A stretch of 64,000 nucleotides of DNA. It comes from Mobula hypostoma. Taxonomy: Eukaryota. A program made the position numbers and the translations under genes. How positions within the stretch are numbered: the first letter of the stretch is position 1; each line of letters begins with the position of its first letter. Below, piece after piece: positions 46,677-59,439 of this stretch. The stretch covers positions 96,412,001-96,476,000 of the forward strand of contig NC_086108.1 of assembly GCF_963921235.1 (NCBI RefSeq), given 5' to 3'. Under the pieces are notes generated by a model. It ran no database searches and had not been told where the DNA came from. It was given only the letters and a program-made list of their open reading frames with translations.

Positions 46677-48425
46677 AGGAGTGAAGGTAGGACAGATTAA
46701 AGATAAAGGTGGGAAAACGTGCCTGGAGGCTGTGGAAGTGAGCGGGGTCCTCAATGAATACTTCTCTTCGGTATTCACCAATGAGAGGGAACTTGATGAT
46801 GGTGAGGACAATATGAGTGAGGTTGATGTTCTGGAGCATGTTGATATTAAGGGAGAGGAGGCGTTGGAGTTGTTAAAATACATTAGGACAGGTAAGTCCC
46901 CAGGACCTGACGGAATATTCCCCAGGCTGCTCCACGAGGCGACAGAAGAGATTGCTGAGCCTCTGGCTAGGATCTTTATGTCCTCGTTGTCCATGGGAAT
47001 GGTACCGGAGGATTGGAGGGAGGCGAATGTTGTCCCCTTGTTCAAAAAATGTAGTAGGGATAGTCCGGGTAATTATAGACCAGTGAGTCTTATGTCTGTG
47101 GAGGGAAAGCTGTTGGAAAAGATTCTTAGAGATAGGATCTATAGGCATTTAGAGAATCATGGTCTGATCAGGGACAGCCAGCATGGCTGTGTGAAGGGCA
47201 GATCGTGTCTAACAAGCCTGATAGAGTTCTTTGAGGAGGTGACCAGGCATATAGATGAGGGTAGTGCAGTGGATGTGATCTATATGGATTTTAGTAAGGC
47301 ATTTGACAAGGTTCCACACGGTAGGCTTATTCAGAAAGTTAGAAGGCATGGGATCCAGGGAAGTTTGGCCAGGTGGATTCAGAATTGGCTTGCCTGCAGA
47401 AGGCAGAGGGTGGTGGTGGAGGGAGTACATTCAGATTGGAGGATTGTGACTAGTGGTGTCCCACAAGGATCTGTTCTGGGACCTCTACTTTTCGTGCTTT
47501 TTATTAACGACCTGGATGTGGGGGTAGAAGGGCGGGTTGGCAAGTTTGCAGATGACACAAAGGTTGGTGGTGTTGTAGATAGTGTAGAGGATTGTCAAAG
47601 ATTGCAGAGAGACATTAATAGGATGCAGAAGTGGGCTGAGAAGTGGCAGATGGAGTTCAACCCGGAGAAGTGTGAGGTGGTACTCTTTGGAAGGACAAAC
47701 TCCAAGGCAAAGTACAAAGTAAATGGCAGGATACTTGGTAGTGTGGAGGAGCAGAGGGATCTCGGGGTACATGTCCACAGATCCCTGAAAGTTGCATCAC
47801 AGGTGGATAGGGTAATTAAGAAAGCTTATGGGGTGTTAGCTTTCATAAGTCGAGGGATAGAGTTGAAGAGTCGCGATGTAATGATGCAGCTCTATAAAAC
47901 TCTGGTTAGGCCACACTTGGAGTACTGTGTCCAGTTCTGGTCACCTCACTATAGGAAGGATGTGGAAGCATTGGAAAGGGTACAGAGGAGATTTACCAGG
48001 ATGCTGCCTGGTTTAGAAAGTATGCATTATGATCAGAGATTAAGGGAGCTAGGGCTTTACTCTTTGGAGAGAAGGAGGATGAGAGGAGACATGATAGAGG
48101 TGTACAAGATAATAAGAGGAATAGATAGAGTGGATAGCCAGCGCCTCTTCCCCAGGGCACCACTGCTCAATACAAGATGACATGGCTTTAAGGTAAGGGG
48201 TGGGAAGTTCAAGGGGGATATTAGAGGAAGGTTTTTTACTCAGAGAGTGGTTCGTGCGTGGAATGCACTGTCTGAGTCAGTGGTGGAGGCAGATACACTA
48301 GTGAAGTTTAAGAGACTACTAGACAGGTATATGGAGGAATTTAAGGTGGGGGCTTATATGGGAAGCAGGGTTTGAGGGTTGGCACAACATTGTGGGCCAA
48401 AGGGCCTGTACTATTCTATGTTCTA
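46677..48425 (+). mobile_element. Relatively young 5'-truncated CR1 with a 506-codon open RT frame, inserted in an RTE-like 3' remnant
   Basis: ORF 46660-48180 has all CR1 RT motifs; premature TGA at 48178-48180; TTCTATG tail. TATAC flanks both sides. Host sequence KISLKKLNITSKNWEDIAL continues after 48429. Confidence 0.93.
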
Positions 48426-48738
48426 TACACCTGGAGGAAATCTGTTCAAGAGAGAGCTACTCTACATGAGAGAGACCTCTACTGTGCCTCAGAGAACGAA
48501 CAGCAACTGCAGAAGGAGATAATGAACTAAAAGATCTAATGACTAACCACAGCCATCACTTACTCTTTCCACACTGTACTGGAGTAGACAACCCCTTACG
48601 AGATCATACTCTACTCGAGTGATTGTGCTACTACCACTACTACTAATTTTGGATCTAATTTTCCAACTTTCTCTGGATCTCATTTGGCACTAGTCTCCCA
48701 TGCAGGACCTTGTCAAAGGTCTTACTGAAGTCCACGTA

Positions 48739-49226
48739 CAGTACTGTGCAAAAATCTTTTGCACACACATATATAGCTCGGGTGCCTAAGACTTTTGGAA
48801 AGTACTGTATTTGCCAACATAGGGCAGAGAACAAATTTGCAAATCTGGCGGGATCAAAGAATGTTGGGAATGGCGAGGGTGGAGCGCTGCGGGAGGGATG
48901 TGGGACATGTGACAGTGCTGGGGGGGGGGAGGGGTGCAGACACTCCCAGCCCTGAGATACCAAGCAAGGTTATTTGATTCCAAGCAGTTGGTTTATTACA
49001 GAATGTCTCGCTGGTGCTTCCTATTCTCTCCCCTCTTCCTTCCCCTTTTCCCATCCATGATTCCCCCTCCCTGGCCCCTTCCCGCTCTCAGTCCACAATA
49101 GACCCGTATCAGAATCTGGTTTGTCACTCACATATGTCATGAAATTTGTTTTTTTTTTGGCAGCAGTACTATGCAAGTCTTAGGCACCCTAGCTATACAC
49201 GTGCCTAAGACTTATGCACAGTACTG
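48739..49226. mobile_element. Tc1-type composite MITE
   Basis: TA-flanked. Units based on CAGTACTGTGCAAAAGTCTTAGGCAC form two mini-palindromes (48739-48807 and 49164-49226). Confidence 0.78.
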
Positions 49227-49734
49227 TACGCCTCAAGACCATGCTGTCTTCATCAACTTTTTCAAAATGTTCAGTCATTCAAGTTGCTGCGACATGATCA
49301 CTCCCTAACAAAGCCATGCATTAAAGTTTGACTAATTGCTGCTTCCCCAAGTGTAGATGATCTCCATCCCCTTATTTCTTTTCACTAATGTTAGGCTCAC
49401 TGAGATGTCAGGGGTAATTTTTTACGCAGAGAGTGGTGAGTGCGTGGAATGGGCTGCTGACGGCGGCGGTGGAGGCGGAAATGATAGGGTCTTTTAAGAG
49501 ACTCCTGAATGGCTACATGGAGCTTAGGAAAATAGAGGGCTAAGGGTAAAGCCTAGGTAGTTCTAAGGTAGGGACATGTTCGGCACAGCTTTGTGGGCCG
49601 AAGGGCCTGTATTGCGCTGTATGTTTTCTATGTTACCCAATCATCAAAATTGCTGCTGCTGCACAATTTGTCCAATGTCACACAAGCTCCACATTCCAAT
49701 TCCTTCATGACAATAAAAAATAATTTTGTGTCAG

Positions 49735-50260
49735 TCTGGCTCAACTGAAGGCATGTGGTCAAAAGTTGCAAGCTCAAAATTATTTCGGTATTAGCCTAGG
49801 TTTTTGCACTCACCAGATGAATAAAGGCTGACACTTCATGTTGTTGCAGCTACCTCTCAGATGAAATGTTAAACCTAGGTAGATCTGTTTTCGCAAGCAG
49901 AACCGTTTCAAAGAAAGCAAGGTAGATATCCCAACACGCTGCCTTCTTCTGGCACCTCGATCAAGATTACTAAAAACATATTGCTCTGAAATTTCTGCAG
50001 AAAGCAATCAGTCCCACACAACTAATCATCTGTTTCAAGTCCACAATTTTTAATTGCACATTTAAGGTTGGAACTTTGGTGAAGTTCAGACACATGCAAG
50101 CTGCTCAAGTAAGACCTGGCCCAATACTGAGACAATTATCAATTAGCGTTTGTGGAGTAAGATCACATTAACCATATTTTAAACCTAATATATTGGTTTG
50201 AGGTGACTTAGTGTACCCTGAGATCATTAGAAGCACTAGACATGCAAGTCTCACTTCCTT
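49735..50260 (+). mobile_element. Highly decayed DeuSINE (AmnSINE/SacSINE)-like relic
   Basis: Ordered landmarks GGCTGACACT, CAGATGAAATGTTAAACC, TTCAAAGAAAGCAAGG, GTTTGTGG and a CCTGAGATCAT...ATGCAAGTCT tail recall the Deu-domain SINE consensus (from memory, not aligned). Confidence 0.45.
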
Positions 50261-51439
50261 GTTGAATTCTTTGGCTTCATTAGTGACTATTTTGTATTTA
50301 CTTCCTTTGGGTTTGTTCCTTGCTCACAAATGAAAACCTCTTCTGCATATGAATGCTATCGCATTCTTCATACTTTAAAAGGTCTCCATAGAGCACCCAA
50401 AATAACAGAGAACAGACCTGGATCGCTGTTTATTTCTTTATGGTCAGCACCTCTCTACAATGACATTCATGCAAATCTTCCACATCATTTGTTACAGAAT
50501 ATTACGCACTGTACTCAGTGGGTGGACAATGCAATATATTATGCCAGTTTAACTTTTCTGTTTGCAATTATATCTTCCTGTTGCCAGCTTTCACCCAATA
50601 GGAACTGCATCAAATTATCTGAAATTCCTTTCACTTAGGCCATTACATCTGGCAATCTAAACACCCATAGGCAATGTGCTCCATGCACAGGCAGTGTCTT
50701 ACAAATATATAATTAATAAAACATGTTTGTGCACCCACAAGGAACTGCATCAAAACGTACAAGTCATTTCAGAAAGAAATTATTACATCTGGCAATGAGA
50801 AAGCCCATCATTATGACCTAAAAAGGGAGTGTGCTGATTTGATGACCAACCACTCCATGGAGCAATTTATTGAATTAAATATGCCCATATGCAAACAGAC
50901 CCAATAAACAACCCACACTCATGCAATAACAATGTAATATTTTAAAAATCCTGTACAGTTTCAAACTAAAGGCATACTTTCCATGAAAGAAACATTAACG
51001 TGTTCTTTGCATGTGGTAGTCTCAAGTGGATCAAATATGGAACAAATTTAGTCATTATCAGGAGCTTCAAATGATACATAGACCTGATGCTAAAATTTCC
51101 TTCAAATGAACTCTAGTAAAAGGAGGCACACATTTGTTGTGTTCTAATAAACTACATATTATTTTCAAATTTCAATGTCAATTATGCAAAACATCTGGCC
51201 AGTTTACTTGGTTAAATATTGTGTTTTTGTCAAAACTTCCAGCTCAGGACTTTCTTCAGTTTTGAAACATTTATATTAAACTTTTCAATACTGCCAGGCA
51301 ATTTTCAGAAAGCCAACATTATTTTTAATATAAAGCCAGGTATTAATTTTCTAGTGAAGTCCTGGAGGTCCAACTCTGTATGCTCTTTACTCTTTAAATC
51401 TTGAACTTCAGCTAAATATGATGGGAGATGCTTGTATAT

Positions 51440-54140
51440 GTTGCTGTTAACATTTGTCCTGCAGCTGGCATAGTGAGATCATAGCCACAATGGATCTGCC
51501 TGCTCTAAAACCACATTGCAACTCTGCATAGATACGTTCAGCCCAAAAGACTCGGGCAAAGGCCTTTCCCACAAGGCTGAGGTAGTTGTTACTGCCACTG
51601 TGGTCACCCTTGTTCTTGTACATCAGAATCAGGTTGATTATCACTGGCATGTGTCATGAAATTTGTTAACAGCAGCAGTTCAATGCAATACATAATAGAG
51701 AAGGAAAAAAGTAAAAATAAATTAATAAATAAATTACAGAATATGTATATTGAATAGATTAAAAAACATGCAAAAACAAATAATATAGATTTAAAAAGTG
51801 AGGCAGTGTCCATTTAGGAATTGGATGGCAGAGGGGAAGAAGCTGTTCCTGAATCACTGAGTGTGTGCCTTCAGGCTTCTGTACCTCCTCCCTGATGGTA
51901 ACAATGAGAAAAGGACATGGCCTGGGTGCTGGGGGTCCTTAATATTGGACACTACATGGTGACTATGTTGGTATCTCATGTCTTCTGGTACGTAGCCTTT
52001 CTCCCAGCAGACAGAGGAGCTTGTGCTGATGGTGCAGCAATGCTTGTTTGCCATTCTTCAAGACTTCTGGAGGGTCTTCCCAGAACTTCAGAGGGTCTCC
52101 TGGAGGGATATCGCCATTTCCAGGGGTCTTCCCACAAGCAAGATAGTCAATGGCTTTGCAGAGTTCTTCTAGTGTTGGTAGTGCATTTAGCTCCTCCATG
52201 ACTGTTGGATCTGGGATAGCCCCGAATGCAGTGCTTATGCCCACATTCTGGGCCGAGTACAACTCTATGTAGTGCTCAATGCAGCATTAAAGCTTGCCTT
52301 GATCAGATAAGATTTCTCCAGTTTTAGACTTCAGAGGGGCAGCCTTGGTGTCAGAGGGCCTTCTTGATGCCTTCATACATGCTTCAGGCAACCCCTGTGT
52401 CTCCAGCAGTCTGGACACTGCTGCACAAGTTCAGCCAGTAATTGTTGGCAAGGCGGTGGGCAGTCTTCTGGGCCTTGTTTCTCGTGTATCAGGTGCAGGG
52501 GTTGGGATCATTCTTGTAGGCAAGGAGGGCTCTTTGTTTAGCTTCAGTCACTGGGTCCATTTCCTCCCAAACTTTCCTCATGCCAGTCTGCTTGCGTGTG
52601 TTCCCTCTTACTGAACGCAGTTATAGCTGTAGATGGTATCATCGAGACAGGACAACTTGTTCTCGATTGAGTTGTCATCAGAGGTGGAGACTCCCATAGT
52701 CTCTTCAAAGCAGTCAATAAATTTGTTTGGCACTGAATGCACAGCAAATGTTGATGCGCAGTTAACTCTTCCCCTTACAGTGGTGCAGCTTCTTTACTAC
52801 AATTCCCACTTTGTCACTCTTCATCACATTCATTAATTTGACAAAGGTGTTTGTTCTGGTCAGCAAAAGTAGGCTCTTCAAGTTACTGCAGAAGACAGGC
52901 TGCCCTCCAAACCACTGAGCATGATTACTTCCTTCCATGAAGAGACGCACAGTACTGTCTACTTTAATGGCACAACTTTGGAAGCCTTCCCAGCGAGAAG
53001 CAGAGTATACAAGGCTGCATTCTGGCTTCAACACTTCTCAGCATCACCTTCTCCATGCTGCTTCAGTATGCTTTTGGAGAATGAGCTGACGGCATCTACC
53101 TACATACCAGAGCTGATGGTAACCTCTTCAACTTTGCTTGCCTTCGCTCCGAGATCTTTATTCGTGAGCTGATGTTCACTGATGACGCAGCATTAAGTTC
53201 CACACAGAACCCAACTGCAGCATCTTATTGACCACCTGTCCCATACCTGCAAGGAGTTTGGGCTGACCATCAACTTGAAGACAACAAGTATGCCCTAGGA
53301 CACTGACTGCCCCCATCCATCACAATCGACAGTCACACTCTGGAGGTGATTGACTACTTCACTTATCTTCGGCCAACCATTACAAACACTCTGTCACGTA
53401 ATGCTGAGCATCAGAATTGCCAAGTCTGTAGCTGTCATGGCTAGGCTGAACAAGAGTGTGGAGCAACAGCCATCTGACTGAGAAAACCAAGCTGTGTGTG
53501 TACCAAGCCTGTGTTCTTGGCACTCACCTCTACAGCAGAGAAACCTGGACAATCTATGCTACTCATGAGAAGAAACAGAACAGCTTCCACCTGCGCTGGC
53601 TCACATGGATCCTGCACATTGCTTGGCAGGACAGGGCCACTAATATAGAGGTCTTACAACAGGTATCCCCAGCACGTTTACCCTCAGCCAGAGGTGGCTC
53701 AGATGGTTAGGACATAGCAGGTGAATGGGCTCTGGCTGAATCCTGAAAGACCTGCTGTATGGGCAGCTGGCAGGGGGTGCATGCCCAGTTGGTCGCCCAC
53801 AAATTCGCTTCAACATTAACTGCAAAAAGGATCTGAAGCTGACCAACATTGATGTGAACAACTGGGAAGATGTGGGAGACGAGCAGGCTGCCTGGAGTTT
53901 GGCAGTTCCATTGGGCATGCAAAGAGCAGAAAATACCCACGTCAACAAGCTGGCTGCCAAGAGAACTTGAAAGACAAGGAGAGCCGCTCCAACAGGACGT
54001 CCATCTTCCTTCACCTGCAGGCGGTGTGGAAGAGTCTGCCACTCCAGAGCAGGACTTCTCAACCACTCTAGGAAGTGCATTACCACCAGCTGACAGTGCT
54101 ACCTACCCACTGTCTTTCGAGACAGAACGATGCCAACAAC
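51440..54140. mobile_element. RTE-clade LINE remnant with an inverted 5' half (minus ~51440-52820; plus ~52826-54140)
   Basis: Minus: PTLEELCKAI..GKTPG, LSLVGKAFARV, QCGFRAGRS...LQDKC. Plus: FINLTKVF...GCPP, MITSFHE, FTDDA, TKLCVYQACV...SFHLRWL. Confidence 0.82.
51623..51952 (-). mobile_element. Rex1/Babar-like 3' fragment nested in the RTE
   Basis: IKDPQHPGHVLFSLLPSGRRYRSLKAHT; TACAT on both flanks. Confidence 0.78.
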
Positions 54141-54342
54141 TTGTATATGTTGTCAACCATTTTTTCCTGCAATTCAGAGAAGCTCCATCTGTCCTATATT
54201 TGAATTAGAATCAGGTATATCATTACTGCCTTAAATGTCATGAAATCTTGTTTTGCTGCAGCAGTATAGTACAAAGACATTAGATTACTATTAATAACAC
54301 ATTAAGTAAACAGCATAAAAGATAAAGGAATTACGAGGTAGT

Positions 54343-54606
54343 CCTTCCTAGCGTGTCGCACCAGACCGTCAGCCAGTCTAGTTTGGCGCGTAGTGTCAGG
54401 ATTGGTCTCCTTTCGGATTAACCGGGTCCCGATATGAACGTTCCTGACTTGACCCCTGTTTTTTTTTAACCAGGCAGAGTGGTTAGCTCGACGCTTAACC
54501 CGGCATGGATGGAAAGCATGCTCAGGGGGTGGCCCGACTTGCATTCGAACTCGGGACCCTTTGCTCCGAAGTCCGGCGCTGATGCCACTGCGCCACCAGC
54601 TGGCCC
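54343..54606 (-). mobile_element. tRNA-derived SINE with an Arg(TCG)-like head
   Basis: Minus: GGGCCAGCTGGTGGCGCAGTGG...GACTTCGGA...GAGTTCGAATGC. TSD TTACGAGGTAG / TTATGAGGTAG at 54331-54341 and 54607-54617. Inserted in a Rex1-like tail (~54205-54700). Confidence 0.8.
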
Positions 54607-55179
54607 TTATGAGGTAGCGTTCGTGGACCATTCAGAAATCTGATTTCAGGCAGGAAGAGGCTGTACCTAAGGATTTTCAGGCTCCTGCAGCTCTGCCCTG
54701 ACTGTAATAATGTTTGTAACTTGGGTAAATCAACACAAGATACACCATGATAAATGTGTACAACTTCAAGATGTAGTGTTGCTCCACTGCTACCCTGCTG
54801 AGAAAACAGTGATTACAACTTCCTACAATTTTTTTCTTTCTCTATTCTGCCCTACAATCTCTTCCTTTCTCTATTCTGCCTAGAGGGTGATGTTAATGTT
54901 GAAGTACAATTTCATAAACATTAGCAGCATGAGGCTATACCTCAGCCAAAGATGATTCTCGACATTTTAACTGGAAAGGCAAAATCTCGATGATTCACAG
55001 GCGAGAAAGCCATCACAAAGCTCACGGACTCTGCTGAAATTTTGGATTACTATTGTCAAATGTACCAAGAACCAGCATGCTCTTTTTGTTATATTTTGCA
55101 CTGTACTGCTGCCACAAAGCAAATTTCAGGATGCATGTCAGCGATAATAAATCAGATTCTATGTACGATGTGACCATTA

Positions 55180-56045
55180 CCAAAAGCTTATCTTGCATAC
55201 TATTTATACAGATAAAATCATTACACAGTACATCGAGCTAGAATAAGCTAAAACAATAACAATGCACAATAAAGTGTAAAGGCTACCAAAAAGGTACTGC
55301 ATAGGTAAACAATAAAGTCCAAAATCATAATGAGGTAGATTGTGAGGCTAAGAGTTCATCTAACTGTACAAGAGGTCTGTTTACAGCTTGGATAATAGTG
55401 GGATAGCTATCCTTGAGCCTGGTGGTAAATGCTTTCAGACTTGCATTTCTTCTGCCCAATGTGAGACAGGACAAGAGAGAATGTCCAGGGTGGGTGAGGT
55501 CTTTGATTACACCTGGTGCTTTACTGAAGCAATGAGAGGCATCAATAAGTCCGCACAGCTTCTGTGATGTGCTGAGCTGTGTCCACAACTCTCTGCAGTT
55601 TCTTACAGTCATGTGCAGAGCAGATACTATACTAAGCTGTTATGCATTCAGATAGAATCCTTTCGAAGGTGCATTAATAAAAAATTTAAAGAGTTGATAC
55701 GGACATGCAAACTTCCTTTAGCCTCTTGAAGTAGAGGCATTGGTGAGCTTTCTTGGCTGTGACATCAACGTAGTTAGACTAGGGTAGGCTATTGGTGATG
55801 TTCAAATCTAGGAAGTCGAAGTTCTCAACCTTAAAATTGTTCAATTCGACAAGAGCATGTCAATGACTAGGGTCCTTTGTTTTGTTGACATAAAAGGAAA
55901 GGTTGGTGTCATGGCACCATGTCACTAAGCTCTACTTCCTTCCTGTACTCGGATTCATTTTTATTTGAGATGTAGCCCACTACAGTGGTATCATCTACAA
56001 ACTTGTATATGCAGAACCTAGGCATGCAGTCATGAGCAAGGTTGT
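55180..56045 (-). mobile_element. Decayed Rex1/Babar-like LINE
   Basis: IYKFVDDTTVVG...ESEYRKEVE; IKDLTHPGHSLLSCLTLGRR. Confidence 0.75.
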
Positions 56046-56139
56046 CTGGAAAGCTGAAGTTCAGTATATTCCCACTAGGGAAGCCAAGTAGATTCACCAA
56101 ACAAATGCAGATATAATGAAATCTGAAAAGGGAAATTTG

Positions 56140-58212
56140 GGGAGGATGTTTAGCATGAGGTCTGACTGGAATTACTTGGATAACCAAGGAAATAAAAGGT
56201 AGTATCAAATTAAAAGCTCATGCGTGCAAAGTTGCAAAGAGTAGTGGGAGACTGTAGGATTAGGAAAACTTTAAAAAGCAATAAAGAACAACTAAACAAG
56301 AAATAAGGAAAGGGAAGATAGAGTATGAAAGTAAATTAGCACAAAATATAAAAACAGATAGCAAAAGTTTTTATAAATATATAAAGCGGAAGAGGGTGGC
56401 TAAAGTCAACGTAGGTCCCTTGGAAGACGATTAGGGAAAATTGATATTGGGTGATATGGAAATGGCTGAGGCATTGAACGACTATTTTATGTCAGTCTTC
56501 ACGGTGGAGGACATGTCTAATATGCCAAAGAAGGATGTTATGGACGAAATGGGAGGTGAGGACCTCGATAAAATCACTGTCACTACAGAGATAGTGATAA
56601 GCAAACTAGAGGGCCTGAAGGTAGATAAGTCCCCTGGTCCTGATGGGATGCATCCCAGGGTGCTGAGGGAATTGGTGGAGGTTATAGTAGACGCGTTGCT
56701 AATCATTTACCAAAATTCTTTAGACTCTGGGCAGGTCCCAGCAGATTGGAAGACAGCAAATGTCACGCCACTTTTTAAAAAAGGATGTAGGCAAAAGACC
56801 GGCAGCTATAGGCCAATTAGCTTAACATCTGTAGTCAGGAAAATGCTTGAAGCTGTCATTGAGGAAGAAATAGCAAAACATTTAGAAAGGAGTGGTTCCA
56901 TTAGACAGACACAGCATAGATTCAGAAAGGACAGGACCTATTTGACAAACTTACTGGAGTTCTTTGAGGACATAATGAGTGCAGTAGATAGAGGGGAACA
57001 GGTGGATGTTGTATACCTGGATTTCCAGAAGGCGTTCAATAAGGTGCCGCACAAGAGACTTATAAATAAGATATGGATGCATGGAGTCAGAGGAAGTGTA
57101 TTGTCATGAATAGTGGATTGGTTAACTGATAGAAGGCAGAGAGTTGGTATAAATGGGTGTTTCTCCGGTTTGCGGTCAGTGGTGAGTAGGGTGCCACAGG
57201 GACCGGTGCTGGGCCCGCAGCTGTTTACTATTTATACTGATGATTTGGAAGAGGGAACTGAGTGTAGCGTAGCAAAATTTGCTGATGACACTAAACTAAG
57301 TGGAAAAGCAAATTGTACAGAGAATGTGGAGAGTCTGCAGAGGGATTAGAAAGGTTAAGTGAGTGGGCCAAGGTCTGGCAGATGGAATACAACGTTGGTA
57401 AATGCGAGATCATCCACTTTAGAAGGAACAATAGAAGAGGAGATTATTATTTAAATGGTGAAAGATTGCAGCATGCTGTTGTGCAGAGGGACTTGGGAGT
57501 GCTTGCGCATGAATCGCAAAAAGTTGGCTTGCAGGTACAACTGGTTATTAAGAAGGCAAACGGAATGTTGGCCTTCATTGCTAGAGGGATTGAATTCAAG
57601 AGCAGGGAGGCCGTGCTGCAACTATACAGGGTACTGGTGAGGCCGCACCTGGAGTACTGTGTGCAGTTCTGGTCTCCATACTTGAGGAAGGATATACTGG
57701 CTTTGGAGGCAGTGCAGAGGAGGTTTACTGGGTTGATTCCAGGGATGAAGGGGTTAACCTATAAGGAGAGATTGAGTCATCAGGGACTATGCTCTCTGGA
57801 AGTCAGAAGAATGAGAGGGGATCTTACAGAAACATACAAAATTTTGAAAGGGATAGATAAGATAGAAGTAGGAAAGTTGTTTCCATTGGTAGGTGAGACT
57901 AGAACTAGGGAACATTGCCTCAAGATTCAGGGGAGATGATTTAGGACAGAGATGAGGAGAAACTGTTTTTCCCAGAGAGTGGTGAATCTGTGGAATTCTC
58001 TGCCCAGGGAAGCAGTTGAGGCTTCTTCACTAAATAAATTTAAGATACAGTTAGATAGATTTTTACATAGTAGGGGAATTAAGGGTTATGGGGAAAAGGC
58101 AGGTAGATGGAGCTGAGTTTACGGACAGATCAGCCATGATCTTATTGAATGGCGGGGCAGGCTCGATGGGCCGGATGGCCTACTCCTGCTCTTATTCCTT
58201 ATGTTCTTATGT
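56140..58212 (+). mobile_element. 5'-truncated CR1 in the CDC7 intron (antisense to the gene)
   Basis: ORFs 56441-57109, 57113-57349 and 57313-57939 with RT motifs (FADDTK); TTCTTATG tail. Confidence 0.93.
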
Positions 58213-58505
58213 AATTACCGAAGAATAAAATGAGCTGAGTGACAAGGGGCTGTGACGACAGAAGAAAATATTTGTGTCAAAATGTATATTTTTGTTCAAT
58301 TGTCAATGTTAGTGCTCTGGTTCCGCATAGAAAGAAAACTCCTGAGCATAAATGCTAGTCAATATTCAAAGACTATTTAAAAAAAAATCTGTGACAAATA
58401 CAACTATGCCCAAACATTGCTTTTGACATGAAATTATTGGATATTTAAAAATATAAAGAAAACACTCAATGATCTTAAAAATAAATGATTTTACGATGCA
58501 TATTA

Positions 58506-58778
<273 letters not shown>

Positions 58779-59439
58779 CTAAGTTTATAAACTTTGATCT
58801 ACAAACAAAAAAACTCTAACATAAAAGGTGCTGTCACATACAAATTTTAAAATTTACATCCCACAAGATGACACTGATATTGAAGCTCTTATGAAAATCT
58901 GCCTTTCATTTGCCATTCCATGATCAAATAAGTCATTCAATTTACTGTTACTTGTACATATCGTATTACATTGATTTGAAAAAGGGGACAAATTGCAAAG
59001 TTCAATCAGTCTTTAACTAACAAAATGGGTGTTTGGTTGGACTGGTTAATATTTATTCTACTTCAACCCACTAAATACTTTTGTGTTAGTTAAACACTTT
59101 CCCTCTGATGTACAAGTTGGTGCCTATGGTATATGGACACAGAACATTGACAACTATGTGACCAGTAATTTACTTAAAAACCCAGAATCTGAATTCAGAA
59201 GCAAGCTGGTTTCTACTGTACAAGCCACAAAATTGCCTGGACTGATCCAGACAACCAAAATTTTCCCAGAGGGTTGGCTAGATCACAAGTGGAGAGGTTC
59301 TGCATGCTGACATATGACATGCAGTATGTAGTGCTGGGTAGGGTGAGGTGAGGTAAGTGGGGAAGCTGTCAAATGTTCAAAATTTCTGATATTCAAAAAG
59401 ATATTTAAATATTAAACAAAATCCAAAACAATTCATACA

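Noticed and set aside
46660..48180. 506-aa ORF as a host or domesticated gene
   Set aside because: An ordinary 5'-truncated CR1 ORF2 with a premature stop and a retrotransposon tail; the start codon comes from flanking DNA.
54530..54606. Functional tRNA gene
   Set aside because: The anticodon and acceptor stems do not pair properly; it is a SINE head bounded by a TSD.
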